This document shows positions 36,239 through 45,765 of a stretch of DNA of 64,000 bases, piece after piece (position 1 is the first letter of the stretch; each line of letters opens with the position of its first letter). Origin of the DNA: a virus (taxonomy: Duplodnaviria > Caudoviricetes); IMG/VR virus record IMGVR_UViG_3300034082_003278, positions 1,107 to 65,106 of that record. One strand, 5' to 3'. A program made the translations under genes and the position numbers. The notes under the pieces are model-generated. The model made no database searches, had not been told where the DNA came from, and saw only the letters and a program-made list of their open reading frames with translations.

Positions 36239-36450
36239 AGAACGCTTCCGAACTACATTCTAAATATATTAGTGACCAACAAGTTGCTGTTAAGATGGTA
36301 AAGTATTGCCGACAAAATTTTGGTAATCGTGGAGGTCGTTGGGACTTCGAAGGATCGCGCAACATACGATTTCGATTTACAGAAAGCAAAGATCGCACAT
36401 GGTTTTATTTTATTTTTGCACATGACTTAAAGGATCCCCATGAAGGGTAA
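36235..36450 (+). CDS. Small paralog-family protein (..FRFTESKDRTWFYFIF)
   Basis: YCRQNFG..GGRW plus the shared C-terminal motif. Confidence 0.65.
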   Translation: MKNASELHSKYISDQQVAVKMVKYCRQNFGNRGGRWDFEGSRNIRFRFTESKDRTWFYFIFAHDLKDPHEG

Positions 36451-37450
36451 AGTAGGTTTCTGTTGTAAATGGATCGATCACCCAGCGGAATGTGCTGGCC
36501 GTAAACCCACTAGCGAAAGCCGAGACCTAAATGGTCGCAGTACCACCATGCGTTGGCTACGTGAACACAAAAACGAAGCAGAACAGCGTCAGTGGGACAT
36601 TATGAATCACAATACTGCCGCTGCCTTGCGCATGGTTGAACGAGTAGGTAGTTTGCCTGAACACCTGCGTATGGTTCGCCTGGGCAGCGAAATGCTGCAA
36701 GGCTACACCGAACCTGACTGGATTGCGTGGTGGCAACAGGCCGATGTACAACGACACTTGGAACAGATATTTGCACCCATTGGCGAACGAGCAAGACAGT
36801 TGGGAGTGAGACTGAGTTTTCACCCCGGACAGTTTTGTGTCCTAGCTAGTGTGAACGAAAATATTGTTGAACGATCTATAGAGGAGTTTGAGTATCATGC
36901 AGACATGGCTAGATGGATGGGATATGGTAAAAGTTTCCAAGATTTTAAAATCAACGTACACATCAGCGGGCGTCAAGGTCCCGAGGGTGTTAGGCGTGTC
37001 CTGGATCGCCTCTCCCCGGAAGCTAGGAATACTATTACAATCGAAAACGAAGAAAATTCATGGGGGTTAGATGATTGTCTCAGTCTTGGTGATGTTGTTC
37101 CCATTGTTTTGGATATTCACCACCATTGGTGTCGAGAGGGAGAGTATCTTGACCCGAATTCGGATCGCGTTAAGCGTGTATTGGATTCCTGGCGCGGTGT
37201 ACGTCCTGCTATGCATTACAGCGTTAGTCGCGAAGATGTATTGGTAGGACACGATCCGAATACACTACCGGACATGCCTGCGTTATTGGCTGCAGGATAC
37301 AAGAAGCAGAAACTTCGTGCGCATTCGGATTTTTATTGGAATCAGGCTGTAAATGAATGGGTCGCAGGATTTACAGATAACTTCGATATTCAATGTGAAT
37401 CAAAAGGGAAGAATCTCGCCCGCGACCAGTTTGTTGCAGCAATTAGTTAG
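36440..37450 (+). CDS. uvsE: UV-damage endonuclease UvsE/UVDE
   Basis: RLSFHPGQF, INVHI, IENEE, LDIHHH, HYS, AHSD and ESKGK motifs. Confidence 0.93.
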   Translation: MKGKVGFCCKWIDHPAECAGRKPTSESRDLNGRSTTMRWLREHKNEAEQRQWDIMNHNTAAALRMVERVGSLPEHLRMVRLGSEMLQGYTEPDWIAWWQQADVQRHLEQIFAPIGERARQLGVRLSFHPGQFCVLASVNENIVERSIEEFEYHADMARWMGYGKSFQDFKINVHISGRQGPEGVRRVLDRLSPEARNTITIENEENSWGLDDCLSLGDVVPIVLDIHHHWCREGEYLDPNSDRVKRVLDSWRGVRPAMHYSVSREDVLVGHDPNTLPDMPALLAAGYKKQKLRAHSDFYWNQAVNEWVAGFTDNFDIQCESKGKNLARDQFVAAIS

Positions 37451-37664
37451 GTGTGGGTTTTTTAGCAGCTGGCTTTCGAGCAGCTGGCTTTTTAGCAGCA
37501 GCAGATTTCTTAGTCGCAGGAGCTGCAGACTGTTTAGCCTCTGATGCAGGAGCCGAAGACCGTTCTGTAACTTCTGCTACAGGTGTTTCCACTTTGTAAG
37601 GCGCCTGCGGTTCTGCTGCATCTGCTTTTTTTCCAGCGAAAAATTCTTTAATTGCTTTAAACAT
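37443..37664 (-). CDS. Small Ala/Lys/Pro-rich protein
   Basis: AAKKPAARKPAAKKP; AAGGAG SD and a minus-strand TAAATA upstream. Confidence 0.7.
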   Translation of the reverse strand: MFKAIKEFFAGKKADAAEPQAPYKVETPVAEVTERSSAPASEAKQSAAPATKKSAAAKKPAARKPAAKKPTPN

Positions 37665-37806
37665 GTAAATCTCCTTGATGTAATATTTATTAACTAATTG
37701 TTATGCCGGTGCAAATATTGCCAAAACATCCAATAAAAACATTAAATTGTTGCTTTGCAGCATAAATAAGTGTACAATAGAACTACACCATTTAAAGGAA
37801 AACATA

Positions 37807-38022
37807 ATGTTCACATTCGAAACTTTAGTAGACACTTACGCAAAAAACGCAAAAGCAGCCATTGCTTACGTACAACCAGACGCAGTTAAAACTGCCTTGC
37901 TTGATCTAACTGATAAGCAAGTTGAATTTAGCAAAGGATTTGCAAAGCATGTTGAGTCTGCTGCAGAATATTTCAACAACAACATGAAAGAGGCAACCAA
38001 GACTCTTTTTCCAAACAAATAA
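37807..38022 (+). CDS. Phasin-like amphipathic protein
   Basis: AAGGA SD; amphipathic helices (LVDTY..AK......D.....L..L.DKQ.EF.K). Confidence 0.5.
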   Translation: MFTFETLVDTYAKNAKAAIAYVQPDAVKTALLDLTDKQVEFSKGFAKHVESAAEYFNNNMKEATKTLFPNK

Positions 38023-38040
38023 TACCGTTTTGCTAGTGAT

Positions 38041-38081
38041 AAGTAAAGGTAATGCTGTATAATGCAGTATTACCTTTACTT
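38041..38081. repeat. 17-bp inverted repeat centred on TATAAT
   Basis: AAGTAAAGGTAATGCTG-TATAATG-CAGTATTACCTTTACTT with one G-T pair. Confidence 0.85.
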
Positions 38082-38090
38082 TTATCAAAT

Positions 38091-38648
38091 ATGGCCATAG
38101 ACAAAGATTCTGCACTAGACAACATTCCTACCTTGAGCGACCATGGCATGATGGTCCTGATGGGCGAGATTGATGCTGAATCTGTTAGACCGGTAGTGGA
38201 ATGGGTCTTGTACGAAAACTATGTTAAAAAGAAAAAACTCAAAGAACTCTTGTTGATGATCTGCAGCGAAGGCGGCGATCTCAGTGTAGCATTTGCTTTG
38301 ATTGATGTCATGCGCTCCAGCAAAATACCGATCAAAACAGTAGGACTTGGACAGATTGCCAGCTGTGGCTTGTTGATATTTTTAGCCGGGCATGCTGGTC
38401 GTAGAATTCTAACACCCAATACCAGTGTCATGAGCCATCAATTCAGTTGGGGCACAGAAGGCAAAGCACATGAGCTTTTTGCAACCATGAAAGAATTTGA
38501 TTTGACTCAGAAAAGAATGATCAAGTTGTATCAACAAACCACTGGACTAGATCAAGACACCATCAAAGAAATTCTGTTGCCGGCACAGGATGTGTACTTG
38601 TCGGCCGAAGAAGCCTTACAGTATCACATCTGCGATCACATAGGTTAA
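38091..38648 (+). CDS. Divergent ClpP-family protease
   Basis: ICSEGG, GQIASCG (Ser), MSHQ (His) and DVYLSAEEA. Confidence 0.85.
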   Translation: MAIDKDSALDNIPTLSDHGMMVLMGEIDAESVRPVVEWVLYENYVKKKKLKELLLMICSEGGDLSVAFALIDVMRSSKIPIKTVGLGQIASCGLLIFLAGHAGRRILTPNTSVMSHQFSWGTEGKAHELFATMKEFDLTQKRMIKLYQQTTGLDQDTIKEILLPAQDVYLSAEEALQYHICDHIG

Positions 38649-40258
38649 CGACGTCTTGCTCGGCCCAGGGATTGCTTATTACCAACAGGTTCCGAAGCAC
38701 CTGCAGGTGCTGCAGTCATTCTAGCAGCTTTAATTCCACTGCGTTGTTGATTAACAGCATCTAGTTTTTCATTGTCAATAACAGCGGGCTCTGGAGGCAC
38801 TGAATCAGTTTCGTCTGCATCTGGAAGACCATCACTAACTGGATTATAAGCAAAAGAAACACGACCGATGATGCCTGTAGCAGCATAAACCTTGCTGGCA
38901 TCCAACCCGACTGTACCTTTGAAATCTGGAGGATATTTACTGCTGAACCCGGTTACTTGTACATTATCGCCTTTCATGTTGGCGTTAAGATGCAATTGTA
39001 TAATGGGACTGGTATTAAGGAACTTTAAACATGCTTCGCCAAATTTTGGATCAGTATTAATCTGTTGTACTACCTTACGTGCCAGACTACTGAGAATATG
39101 ATAACCAGCGTTGTATCTTGTATTATCTGTTTTGGCTTTAATATCTTTCATCAGCCCTGATAACACAGCCGAATCTTCTTGACTCATAGTAACAGCATCT
39201 AATGATTTGGCACCTTCTTTGACTAGCTGTAGAATTATTTTGGCTTGGCCAGCATTTATCAAGCCCTGTTCTATACCCAATTTCAATGGAAATTCGAGAC
39301 TACTTAATTTTCCTACTTCTTCAATTCTTTTGATTTCTTCAGCATAGCTATCTAACAGATCAGTCATGCCTTTTTGCCGAGCAACGTCGATACCATCAGA
39401 AATATTTCTAACACTGGCCAAGGCACCCTTTTCGCCCTTGCTGGAAATACCAATTTCGACACCACCTGGTGTGGTAATATAACTATCAACAAGTCCGTTA
39501 TTTTTTGCAGCAGGAAAGTAGATACTTGATCCACTATAGCTGCCGTTGGGTCCTAAGATATCTTTTCTGGCAGCCTCAGCACCTTGTGTATTAATCATTC
39601 CTTGTATTAATGCAATAGGCCCTATTGTTTCGCCTAAGTCATCTCTAATAGCACTACCCATTTCTCCTACATTCTCAAATGTCGGTAATCGCCCGGTTAG
39701 CAATTCTTGCATGCCGGGCATAATCTTCGGCACAGCTGGGTTGTTTTTGGGATTGGTTCCAAGTTCTGCTACACAGTCAGATGGAGTGGCAAAGTTGCTG
39801 TTAGGTGGAAATAAATCAGCTGGTTTTAGTTTATAATAACTGCCTTTGAGACTGGTAGTCTTGTTTAATTGCCACCCGCCTGGCAACTCGCCATTTCCCC
39901 ATGCTCCGGCCATGTCAGGTTTTATATCATTAAAAAATCTACCAAAATAACTTTTTTTACCTTTAGCTGGACCGTCAAATTTCAGTACAGCAAACGCTTT
40001 ACTGGATCCCTTGGGCTTGTTTGACCAAACAATACCTGGATATGTTTGTTCAGCTTGTTGCCAAGCTGCGTCTATTTCTTCGGGAGTTTCGTAAGCACCG
40101 GGCATACCGGGATAGTAGTCTACACCATCAAATGTAATTACAGCCGATGGATTTTCTAAAGATCCTTGAAAAAATCCATCGCCTTTGTCTCGGTAAAGTA
40201 GACCACGGGATTTTTCAGTTAATAAGATATTTTCGAGTAGATCAAGTAAGTCGCGCAT
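38645..40258 (-). CDS. Large late protein with PD-(D/E)xK-like nuclease motif and capsid-targeting-like leader
   Basis: LGE...FP..NNGLVDSY....IGISSK; N-terminus MRDLLDLLENILLTE; TAAATA 4 nt upstream. Confidence 0.6.
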   Translation of the reverse strand: MRDLLDLLENILLTEKSRGLLYRDKGDGFFQGSLENPSAVITFDGVDYYPGMPGAYETPEEIDAAWQQAEQTYPGIVWSNKPKGSSKAFAVLKFDGPAKGKKSYFGRFFNDIKPDMAGAWGNGELPGGWQLNKTTSLKGSYYKLKPADLFPPNSNFATPSDCVAELGTNPKNNPAVPKIMPGMQELLTGRLPTFENVGEMGSAIRDDLGETIGPIALIQGMINTQGAEAARKDILGPNGSYSGSSIYFPAAKNNGLVDSYITTPGGVEIGISSKGEKGALASVRNISDGIDVARQKGMTDLLDSYAEEIKRIEEVGKLSSLEFPLKLGIEQGLINAGQAKIILQLVKEGAKSLDAVTMSQEDSAVLSGLMKDIKAKTDNTRYNAGYHILSSLARKVVQQINTDPKFGEACLKFLNTSPIIQLHLNANMKGDNVQVTGFSSKYPPDFKGTVGLDASKVYAATGIIGRVSFAYNPVSDGLPDADETDSVPPEPAVIDNEKLDAVNQQRSGIKAARMTAAPAGASEPVGNKQSLGRARRR

Positions 40259-40359
40259 CAAGTATTTATTACATGCTACTGCTATCAGACCATAATTCTT
40301 GCAGACTATCTAAAAATAGTATATACTGTATAAACAAGTTAAAACATTAAAGGAAATGT

Positions 40360-40950
40360 ATGCCCAGTTTGATTCCAATGGTAGTAGAGCAAACCGCCAA
40401 AGGTGAGCGCAGTTATGACATTTATAGCCGTCTACTCAAAGACCGCATTGTGATGTTGGACACCGATGTCAACGAACACAGTGCCAGCCTAATTGTGGCA
40501 CAGATGCTGTTTTTGGAGTCAGAAGATCCAGACCGCGATATCTTGTTTTACATCAATTCGCCTGGCGGAGTAGTCACTGCTGGCATGGCCATTTACGATA
40601 CCATGCAGTTTATCAAATGCGATGTTTCCACAGTAGTCATGGGTCAGGCCTGTAGCATGGGATCCTTGTTGGCACAAGCCGGAGCAGAAGGTAAACGTTT
40701 GATCTTGCCCTACGCTAGACACATGATTCACCAACCGTCGGGCGGTGCCCGTGGCCAAGCCACAGACATGGAAATTCAAGTACGTGAAATCCTTAAAATG
40801 AAGAAAGAATTAACCGGCATTTACTACCAACATAATACTGGTGGAAAAAGCTTTGAAGATCTAGCACGAGATATGGAACGCGACTTTTTCATGAGTGCAG
40901 ACGAAGCTGTGACTTATGGTCTAGCAGATCGAGTTATTAGTAAACGTTAA
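40360..40950 (+). CDS. clpP: ATP-dependent Clp protease proteolytic subunit
   Basis: [34 protein letters not shown] and [11 protein letters not shown]. Confidence 0.97.
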   Translation: MPSLIPMVVEQTAKGERSYDIYSRLLKDRIVMLDTDVNEHSASLIVAQMLFLESEDPDRDILFYINSPGGVVTAGMAIYDTMQFIKCDVSTVVMGQACSMGSLLAQAGAEGKRLILPYARHMIHQPSGGARGQATDMEIQVREILKMKKELTGIYYQHNTGGKSFEDLARDMERDFFMSADEAVTYGLADRVISKR

Positions 40951-40954
40951 TAAA

Positions 40955-42043
40955 ATGTTTTTTAGCATCAGCACCAAAATAGATAAAAAATTTCCTAATA
41001 ATTTTCAATTTGATCATTTATGGTTTAATTGTGATAACGGTTGGCAACAGACTGATTCAACATTTTATAAAGGATATGATGATAATTATTGCAAAATAGT
41101 ATTCGATCAACACGGTGCTGAAATCGATCACAGTCAACCGAGAAGTTTTCCGCTGTGGTATCAGTCGAGATTGATTACCAATCTCGACTGTTCTTTGTGT
41201 CCAGTCTGGGCTGATGATGCAGCCCACATTGACAAACATGGAAATATAACTTTAACCAAACACTCAGTCGACCTGTCTGTCGCCCCGGGCGCATTGACAA
41301 TTGGGCAAGCTCAACACAGAATACAGCAACGTCTGGACAGAAAATTAACGTCACCGCTGGAGCGTATGAAGTTGTATTATTCCGGCGGAGTAGACACATT
41401 ACTGATATACAGCATGCTTTCGGATTTTGATCTATTAACCGAAGAACATTATGCCCTGGACCAATTTACTACTGAAAATCAAACTACACTGAAAAAATTT
41501 TGGGCATACAAACAGATACATCATTGGGTAGAACCTGCTTGGTTAGCAACCGGTAGCCACGGCGATGAATATTTTTTAAGAGGTCCTGCTGTAATCAGCA
41601 TGCTGACAGCATGGCATAATATTAATTTCTTTCAATTATTATCTGCTAACCCAACCAGTTATCATTATCATCATTTCAATCGTTACGATAAACTATGGAA
41701 AGATGCATGGAACACTCGACATCAATTGCAACACGACTATCCCACCATTGATTTGTTAAATAAACAGATATTGAATATTTTAATAAACGATCACCAGCAC
41801 TGGCATTTAGGTAATACATTAACTTGGACTCCTTTTAAAGATATCGAAATTGCAAAAATACTCCTGCAGTGTCCGATCGAGGATTTACTACCTCAATTTC
41901 TTGATGCCAGATTGACCAAAGATTTAATAATTGATTATAATCCTGATATTATCGATTATCTCAGCAAATATAAGAATCATAATAATAAAGAAAATTTATA
42001 CATGTTGAGTGAATATTATAAAAAGAATAGTACATTAGGTTGA
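40955..42043 (+). CDS. Asparagine-synthase-like PP-loop protein (AT-rich)
   Basis: YYSGGVDT, GSHGDEYF and TPF motifs. Confidence 0.6.
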   Translation: MFFSISTKIDKKFPNNFQFDHLWFNCDNGWQQTDSTFYKGYDDNYCKIVFDQHGAEIDHSQPRSFPLWYQSRLITNLDCSLCPVWADDAAHIDKHGNITLTKHSVDLSVAPGALTIGQAQHRIQQRLDRKLTSPLERMKLYYSGGVDTLLIYSMLSDFDLLTEEHYALDQFTTENQTTLKKFWAYKQIHHWVEPAWLATGSHGDEYFLRGPAVISMLTAWHNINFFQLLSANPTSYHYHHFNRYDKLWKDAWNTRHQLQHDYPTIDLLNKQILNILINDHQHWHLGNTLTWTPFKDIEIAKILLQCPIEDLLPQFLDARLTKDLIIDYNPDIIDYLSKYKNHNNKENLYMLSEYYKKNSTLG

Positions 42044-42068
42044 CCAATAACTCAATTACGGCTATACT
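42040..42068 (+). promoter_or_regulatory. Early sigma70-type promoter
   Basis: TTGACC-N17-TATACT followed by ACAGTAAACGAACAGGAG. Confidence 0.85.
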
Positions 42069-42098
42069 AGATATACAGTAAACGAACAGGAGCGGAAC

Positions 42099-42359
42099 AT
42101 GTCGTACATTGTATACCAACTTGGTAGTACCGCAAAGATCAAAGAGTTCAACACCGTGGCCGGCGCCAGACGATCTGCCACTGTGATGAACCGCAAGGCC
42201 GGAGCTGTTGAATATGCTGTGGCTCACTTCACTTATTACGACACTTTTGTGGTAACCAAAAAGACTGTCAAGAACCTAATGACCGGCGCGGAAGTAGAAA
42301 TCGATTCCAATACTCCTTGGTGTTGCAACCCGGCATCAGAAACTTACTGGAGCATGTAA
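42099..42359 (+). CDS. Conserved hypothetical early protein
   Basis: C-terminal VKNLMTG..VEID..TPWCCNPASETYWSM. Confidence 0.8.
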   Translation: MSYIVYQLGSTAKIKEFNTVAGARRSATVMNRKAGAVEYAVAHFTYYDTFVVTKKTVKNLMTGAEVEIDSNTPWCCNPASETYWSM

Positions 42360-42360
42360 G

Positions 42361-42573
42361 ATGAACGAATTGATTGAGAAAATATATAGTGAGACATGTC
42401 TTGCCGCAGGCAATTTGGACGAAAGAGAATTCTGTGAAAAGTTCGCCGAGTTGATTGTGGCTGAATGTGCTCGAGTTGCTAATTTGACTGAAGACTATGA
42501 TACTGGTGATTATAAATCTGGTCGGCACTGGGCATCATTTGATATTAAAAACCGTTTTGGAGTTGAAGAATGA
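42361..42573 (+). CDS. 'MNE...FGVEE' family protein
   Basis: EKFAELIVAECA...RFGVEE. Confidence 0.75.
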   Translation: MNELIEKIYSETCLAAGNLDEREFCEKFAELIVAECARVANLTEDYDTGDYKSGRHWASFDIKNRFGVEE

Positions 42574-42770
42574 CATACAGAGTTTTCAAGCACAATCAAG
42601 CATACGGTCCTCGCCCAGGTTTGGAAGGTCCGTTCCATTACCCAAACGGTAGAGTGTTGTATTATGACAACAAAGCAGGCGAATATTGGGATCCTCGTAC
42701 CGATTTTTATGTTCCCATTGACGAAGTTGCTGATTTGCAACAAAGCATCTTTGACTGTGTTAAAGCCTAA
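42570..42770 (+). CDS. Hypothetical protein
   Basis: GLEGPF...GRVLYYD.K.GEYWDP..DFY. Confidence 0.75.
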   Translation: MTYRVFKHNQAYGPRPGLEGPFHYPNGRVLYYDNKAGEYWDPRTDFYVPIDEVADLQQSIFDCVKA

Positions 42771-42776
42771 TTTTGG

Positions 42777-42805
42777 TAGACCAGAAACTCTATTTCGGCT
42801 ATAAT
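42777..42805 (+). promoter_or_regulatory. Early promoter
   Basis: TAGACC-N17-TATAAT; near-identical to 43109. Confidence 0.8.
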
Positions 42806-42835
42806 GTACTTACACTAACAAAACAGGAGTTTATT

Positions 42836-43072
42836 ATGGTTTACGACCTAGACGCTTTTGTAAACAATAATGCATACAACTGCTCGCTTCTCATCGTTGA
42901 GCCCAGTGAAGATGACATGTTTGACGTTTACCCCAACGATTTTGTAGCTCAAAACAACATAGTTTATGATGTTGTAAATGAGCAAGCAGACCCAGTGTTT
43001 GTTTACGAGCTTAACCACGTGCCTGTTGCCTGGTACGACTGCGAGCACTTCTGCGGTTTTGTTGCAAAATAA
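42836..43072 (+). CDS. Acidic hypothetical protein
   Basis: AGGAG SD after the promoter. Confidence 0.7.
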   Translation: MVYDLDAFVNNNAYNCSLLIVEPSEDDMFDVYPNDFVAQNNIVYDVVNEQADPVFVYELNHVPVAWYDCEHFCGFVAK

Positions 43073-43079
43073 CAACACA

Positions 43080-43106
43080 AAAATAGCCCCGTCATGGGGC
43101 TATTTT
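43080..43106. terminator. Intrinsic terminator hairpin
   Basis: AAAATAGCCCC-GTCAT-GGGGCTATTTT. Confidence 0.85.
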
Positions 43107-43108
43107 GC

Positions 43109-43137
43109 TTGACCAGAAATGCTATTTCGGCTATAAT
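43109..43137 (+). promoter_or_regulatory. Early promoter
   Basis: TTGACC-N17-TATAAT. Confidence 0.85.
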
Positions 43138-43168
43138 GTACTTACACTAACAAAACAGGAGTAACAAA

Positions 43169-43408
43169 ATGGTTGTATCACAAGTCACGTTCAACGGTGT
43201 AGAATACAATGCCCGCCACGGTGGTCCATTTGATCGCGGCTCGGCTGACAGCTATTACAGCCGTGGTGCCAAACCACACTACTATGTGGGCGGTACCGGT
43301 ATGTCTCCCATTGTGACCGAAGAGCAGATGACCGCAGAAGAAGTTGCGGCCTACTATGCCGGTTACGATCACAATGAACGCCACGGCGACAAGAAATCGT
43401 ACGATTAA
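43169..43408 (+). CDS. Conserved hypothetical phage protein
   Basis: HGGPFDRGSADSYY.R..PHYY...AYYAGY. Confidence 0.8.
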   Translation: MVVSQVTFNGVEYNARHGGPFDRGSADSYYSRGAKPHYYVGGTGMSPIVTEEQMTAEEVAAYYAGYDHNERHGDKKSYD

Positions 43409-43412
43409 ACGG

Positions 43413-43441
43413 TTGACCAGAAACTCACCGTTTGCTATAAT
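43413..43441 (+). promoter_or_regulatory. Early promoter
   Basis: TTGACC-N17-TATAAT. Confidence 0.85.
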
Positions 43442-43476
43442 GTATGTACAGTAAACAAACAGCCCAGGAGGGCACC

Positions 43477-43893
43477 ATGAAAAAGTCCGTAATTGTAATC
43501 GCAACAGTAGCAGCCTTAGCCGCAACTGCCGTGGCACCAGCCCACGCTCAACGCGGCTACAATCAGAACCAAGGCTACAATAACAGTGCCGCTTGGAACA
43601 GTGCCGCAATCGGTGCTGCCGGTATGATCACCGGCGCCATCATCTCAGGTGTAATGCAAAACAATGCCAACGCGGCTGCTCAAGGGTATGCTCAACCTGG
43701 TTATGGCGCACCTCCGGTATATGCTCAACCTGGTTATGGATATGCTCCTCCACCCGGAGTGGTTCCTGTTTACCCTGCGCCGCCTGCGGCATACGGTGGT
43801 TATTATCAACCCCGTGCCTGCGTCACACAGAATGTACCGCAGTATGATGCTTACGGTCGTGTGGTGCAGTTCATTCGCATGTGTGCCAACTAA
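43477..43893 (+). CDS. Secreted Pro/Tyr/Gly-rich protein (architecture like 325-663)
   Basis: Signal peptide (AHA), AAIGAAGMITGAIISG, YAQPGYG repeats and a C-terminal Cys pair. Confidence 0.75.
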   Translation: MKKSVIVIATVAALAATAVAPAHAQRGYNQNQGYNNSAAWNSAAIGAAGMITGAIISGVMQNNANAAAQGYAQPGYGAPPVYAQPGYGYAPPPGVVPVYPAPPAAYGGYYQPRACVTQNVPQYDAYGRVVQFIRMCAN

Positions 43894-44235
43894 ATGAAAT
43901 TTTTTCAAGAAACAACTGAAGGCGGACACTACCCTAATCATGTATACCTGTTGAGTGACAGCAAGGAATTCATGTATGGGTATGTCAAAGCCGGCAGTGA
44001 ACAACTTGAGATGATGAAGTCCAAGTATCGCTTTGGTACTACTAAACGTAAGTTTAAGGAAGTACCTAACACGTTTGGGTTTGAAGAACCCGAAGTAGTA
44101 GTGTCTAAGGACAGTTGGATTGTCAAAGGCAGCCGAGGTGAAAATTATATAGTAGAACGTGTGGCTGGCAAGTTGACTTGCACATGTTCCGGGTTCAAGT
44201 TCCGCGGTAAATGCAAACATACAGAGGTCACATAA
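43894..44235 (+). CDS. SWIM zinc-finger protein
   Basis: V.GSRG..Y.V....CTCSGFKFRGKCKH. Confidence 0.85.
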   Translation: MKFFQETTEGGHYPNHVYLLSDSKEFMYGYVKAGSEQLEMMKSKYRFGTTKRKFKEVPNTFGFEEPEVVVSKDSWIVKGSRGENYIVERVAGKLTCTCSGFKFRGKCKHTEVT

Positions 44236-44507
44236 TGGATATCAATGTTCTTAAATCTGCCATCATGTTGAATGGCTACTCAAATGCCGAACTCAACGAG
44301 TTGGGAGAAGCTATCAAATACGCTCGTACCCAACTTGGTCACCAGGTCAAGCGTTCAATCCGTGTAGGCGATCGTGTAGAATTTAAAGATACACGTATTG
44401 GCTACGTTCATTCTGGCTCGGTTCTTAAAATCAACATCAAGTATGTGCATGTCAGTACCCCCAAAGGTACTTACCGAGTGCCTGCCAACATGCTGACAGT
44501 GGTCTAA
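44235..44507 (+). CDS. Hypothetical protein with SH3/KOW-like C-terminus
   Basis: IRVGDRVEF...G.VLKIN.K...V....YRVPA. Confidence 0.7.
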   Translation: MDINVLKSAIMLNGYSNAELNELGEAIKYARTQLGHQVKRSIRVGDRVEFKDTRIGYVHSGSVLKINIKYVHVSTPKGTYRVPANMLTVV

Positions 44508-44508
44508 C

Positions 44509-44727
44509 ATGTGGGTCTTGTTGATCTTCATGTATACTGCTGCCGGAGATTTTGTCAGCAAGATCCCGGTTGTGCAAACATCTCAAGCCGAATGCCAGGC
44601 CGCTGCCAAGTCTTTGCCCAAGATGTTAGAGGGTACTACGACAGTATTAGAAGGCCTGTGTGTTACTGTTGAACACTGGACTGGCGAGAAGTACATGCCA
44701 GGCGTAGAATTGCATCATAAAAGATAA
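44509..44727 (+). CDS. Small putatively exported protein
   Basis: Hydrophobic N-terminus; ECQAAA...C. Confidence 0.6.
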   Translation: MWVLLIFMYTAAGDFVSKIPVVQTSQAECQAAAKSLPKMLEGTTTVLEGLCVTVEHWTGEKYMPGVELHHKR

Positions 44728-45149
44728 TGGACGAAACGGAAGAAAACAAAGACGGCCTGTACGATATTCTGATCAACGACAGTATTCGTTTTTTGGAAAG
44801 TCTGGGCAACTACTACGGCGCCGAACGTGCCATGGAAGTTTGGAAGGAGTTGGGACCTACTGTGGGCGAAGATGTCAAGGGTCAAGTGTTTATGACCATG
44901 CTGTCAGGCAATGGCAGCAGCATGCGACTGGAACTGAGTCGTCCTGGTATGCCTTACTCGGGACACACTCACACTATTGCTGTACCCGTGATCAAGGCCA
45001 TTCGTACAGCCACAGGCCTTGGACTCAAAGAAGCCAAAGACCTATGGGACACCACTGCTGAACATGGTGTATGGCTTACCTGTATGAGTCGCGAGCATGC
45101 AAGATCAGCCAAAAAAGAATTTATTAATCTTGGCATGCGGGCTCGATAA
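44727..45149 (+). CDS. Protein with ribosomal L7/L12 C-terminal-like domain
   Basis: VPVIKAIRTATGLGLKEAKDL. Confidence 0.75.
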   Translation: MDETEENKDGLYDILINDSIRFLESLGNYYGAERAMEVWKELGPTVGEDVKGQVFMTMLSGNGSSMRLELSRPGMPYSGHTHTIAVPVIKAIRTATGLGLKEAKDLWDTTAEHGVWLTCMSREHARSAKKEFINLGMRAR

Positions 45150-45152
45150 CAA

Positions 45153-45386
45153 ATGGATACTGTCAATGTATATCGTTTTTCTCAATCTACTTTAGATAAA
45201 GTCCGAAGCGAATACGAGGCAGCCTTTGAGAAGGCAAAGCCTCGTCGATTGAACTTTTATGTTTACTTGGAACAGGAACACGGCATAGTCAACATAGTAG
45301 CCGATGGCGACGATCCTCCAGACTGGTGGTATCGAGCTGAATTTGATAACGAAAGGTCAGCAACAGCATTTTTATTGAGGGCATGA
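45153..45386 (+). CDS. Small paralog-family protein (..EFDNERSATAFLLR)
   Basis: Shared C-terminal motif. Confidence 0.65.
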   Translation: MDTVNVYRFSQSTLDKVRSEYEAAFEKAKPRRLNFYVYLEQEHGIVNIVADGDDPPDWWYRAEFDNERSATAFLLRA

Positions 45387-45556
45387 TGAAGGAATGGCGT
45401 TACAATTCAACGGCACCAAATGCACAACCATCAAAAGAAATTCTTGAATGGTGCAGGGACAATATTGAAGATAAAAAATGGGACTACGCATTTGATACCA
45501 TTTATTTTGTTCGAGAAAAGGACTACACATTTTTTATGTTGCGGTGGGAATCATGA
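45383..45556 (+). CDS. Small paralog-family protein (57 aa, not in track)
   Basis: EWCRDNI...W...IYFVREKDYTFFMLRW; ATGA-coupled at both ends. Confidence 0.7.
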   Translation: MMKEWRYNSTAPNAQPSKEILEWCRDNIEDKKWDYAFDTIYFVREKDYTFFMLRWES

Positions 45557-45765
45557 CTATTGAAGACGCAACAAACCTGGCCATTATCAGATTTCTTGGT
45601 GAGCCTTGGTGCGAAGAAACAAAACAGCAGTTGTCCGATACCTTTAGAAAGATTCTACCAGGTCCTTACGAAATTGACTGGGTGTTCGAAGACCATACCC
45701 CTGAGATAAAGTTGACCTTTCCGGAGACACCAGAAGCAACAGAATGGATGTTACTACACAGATGA
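45553..45765 (+). CDS. Small paralog-family protein (..LTFPETPEATEWML)
   Basis: Coupled ORF with a partial motif. Confidence 0.6.
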   Translation: MTIEDATNLAIIRFLGEPWCEETKQQLSDTFRKILPGPYEIDWVFEDHTPEIKLTFPETPEATEWMLLHR

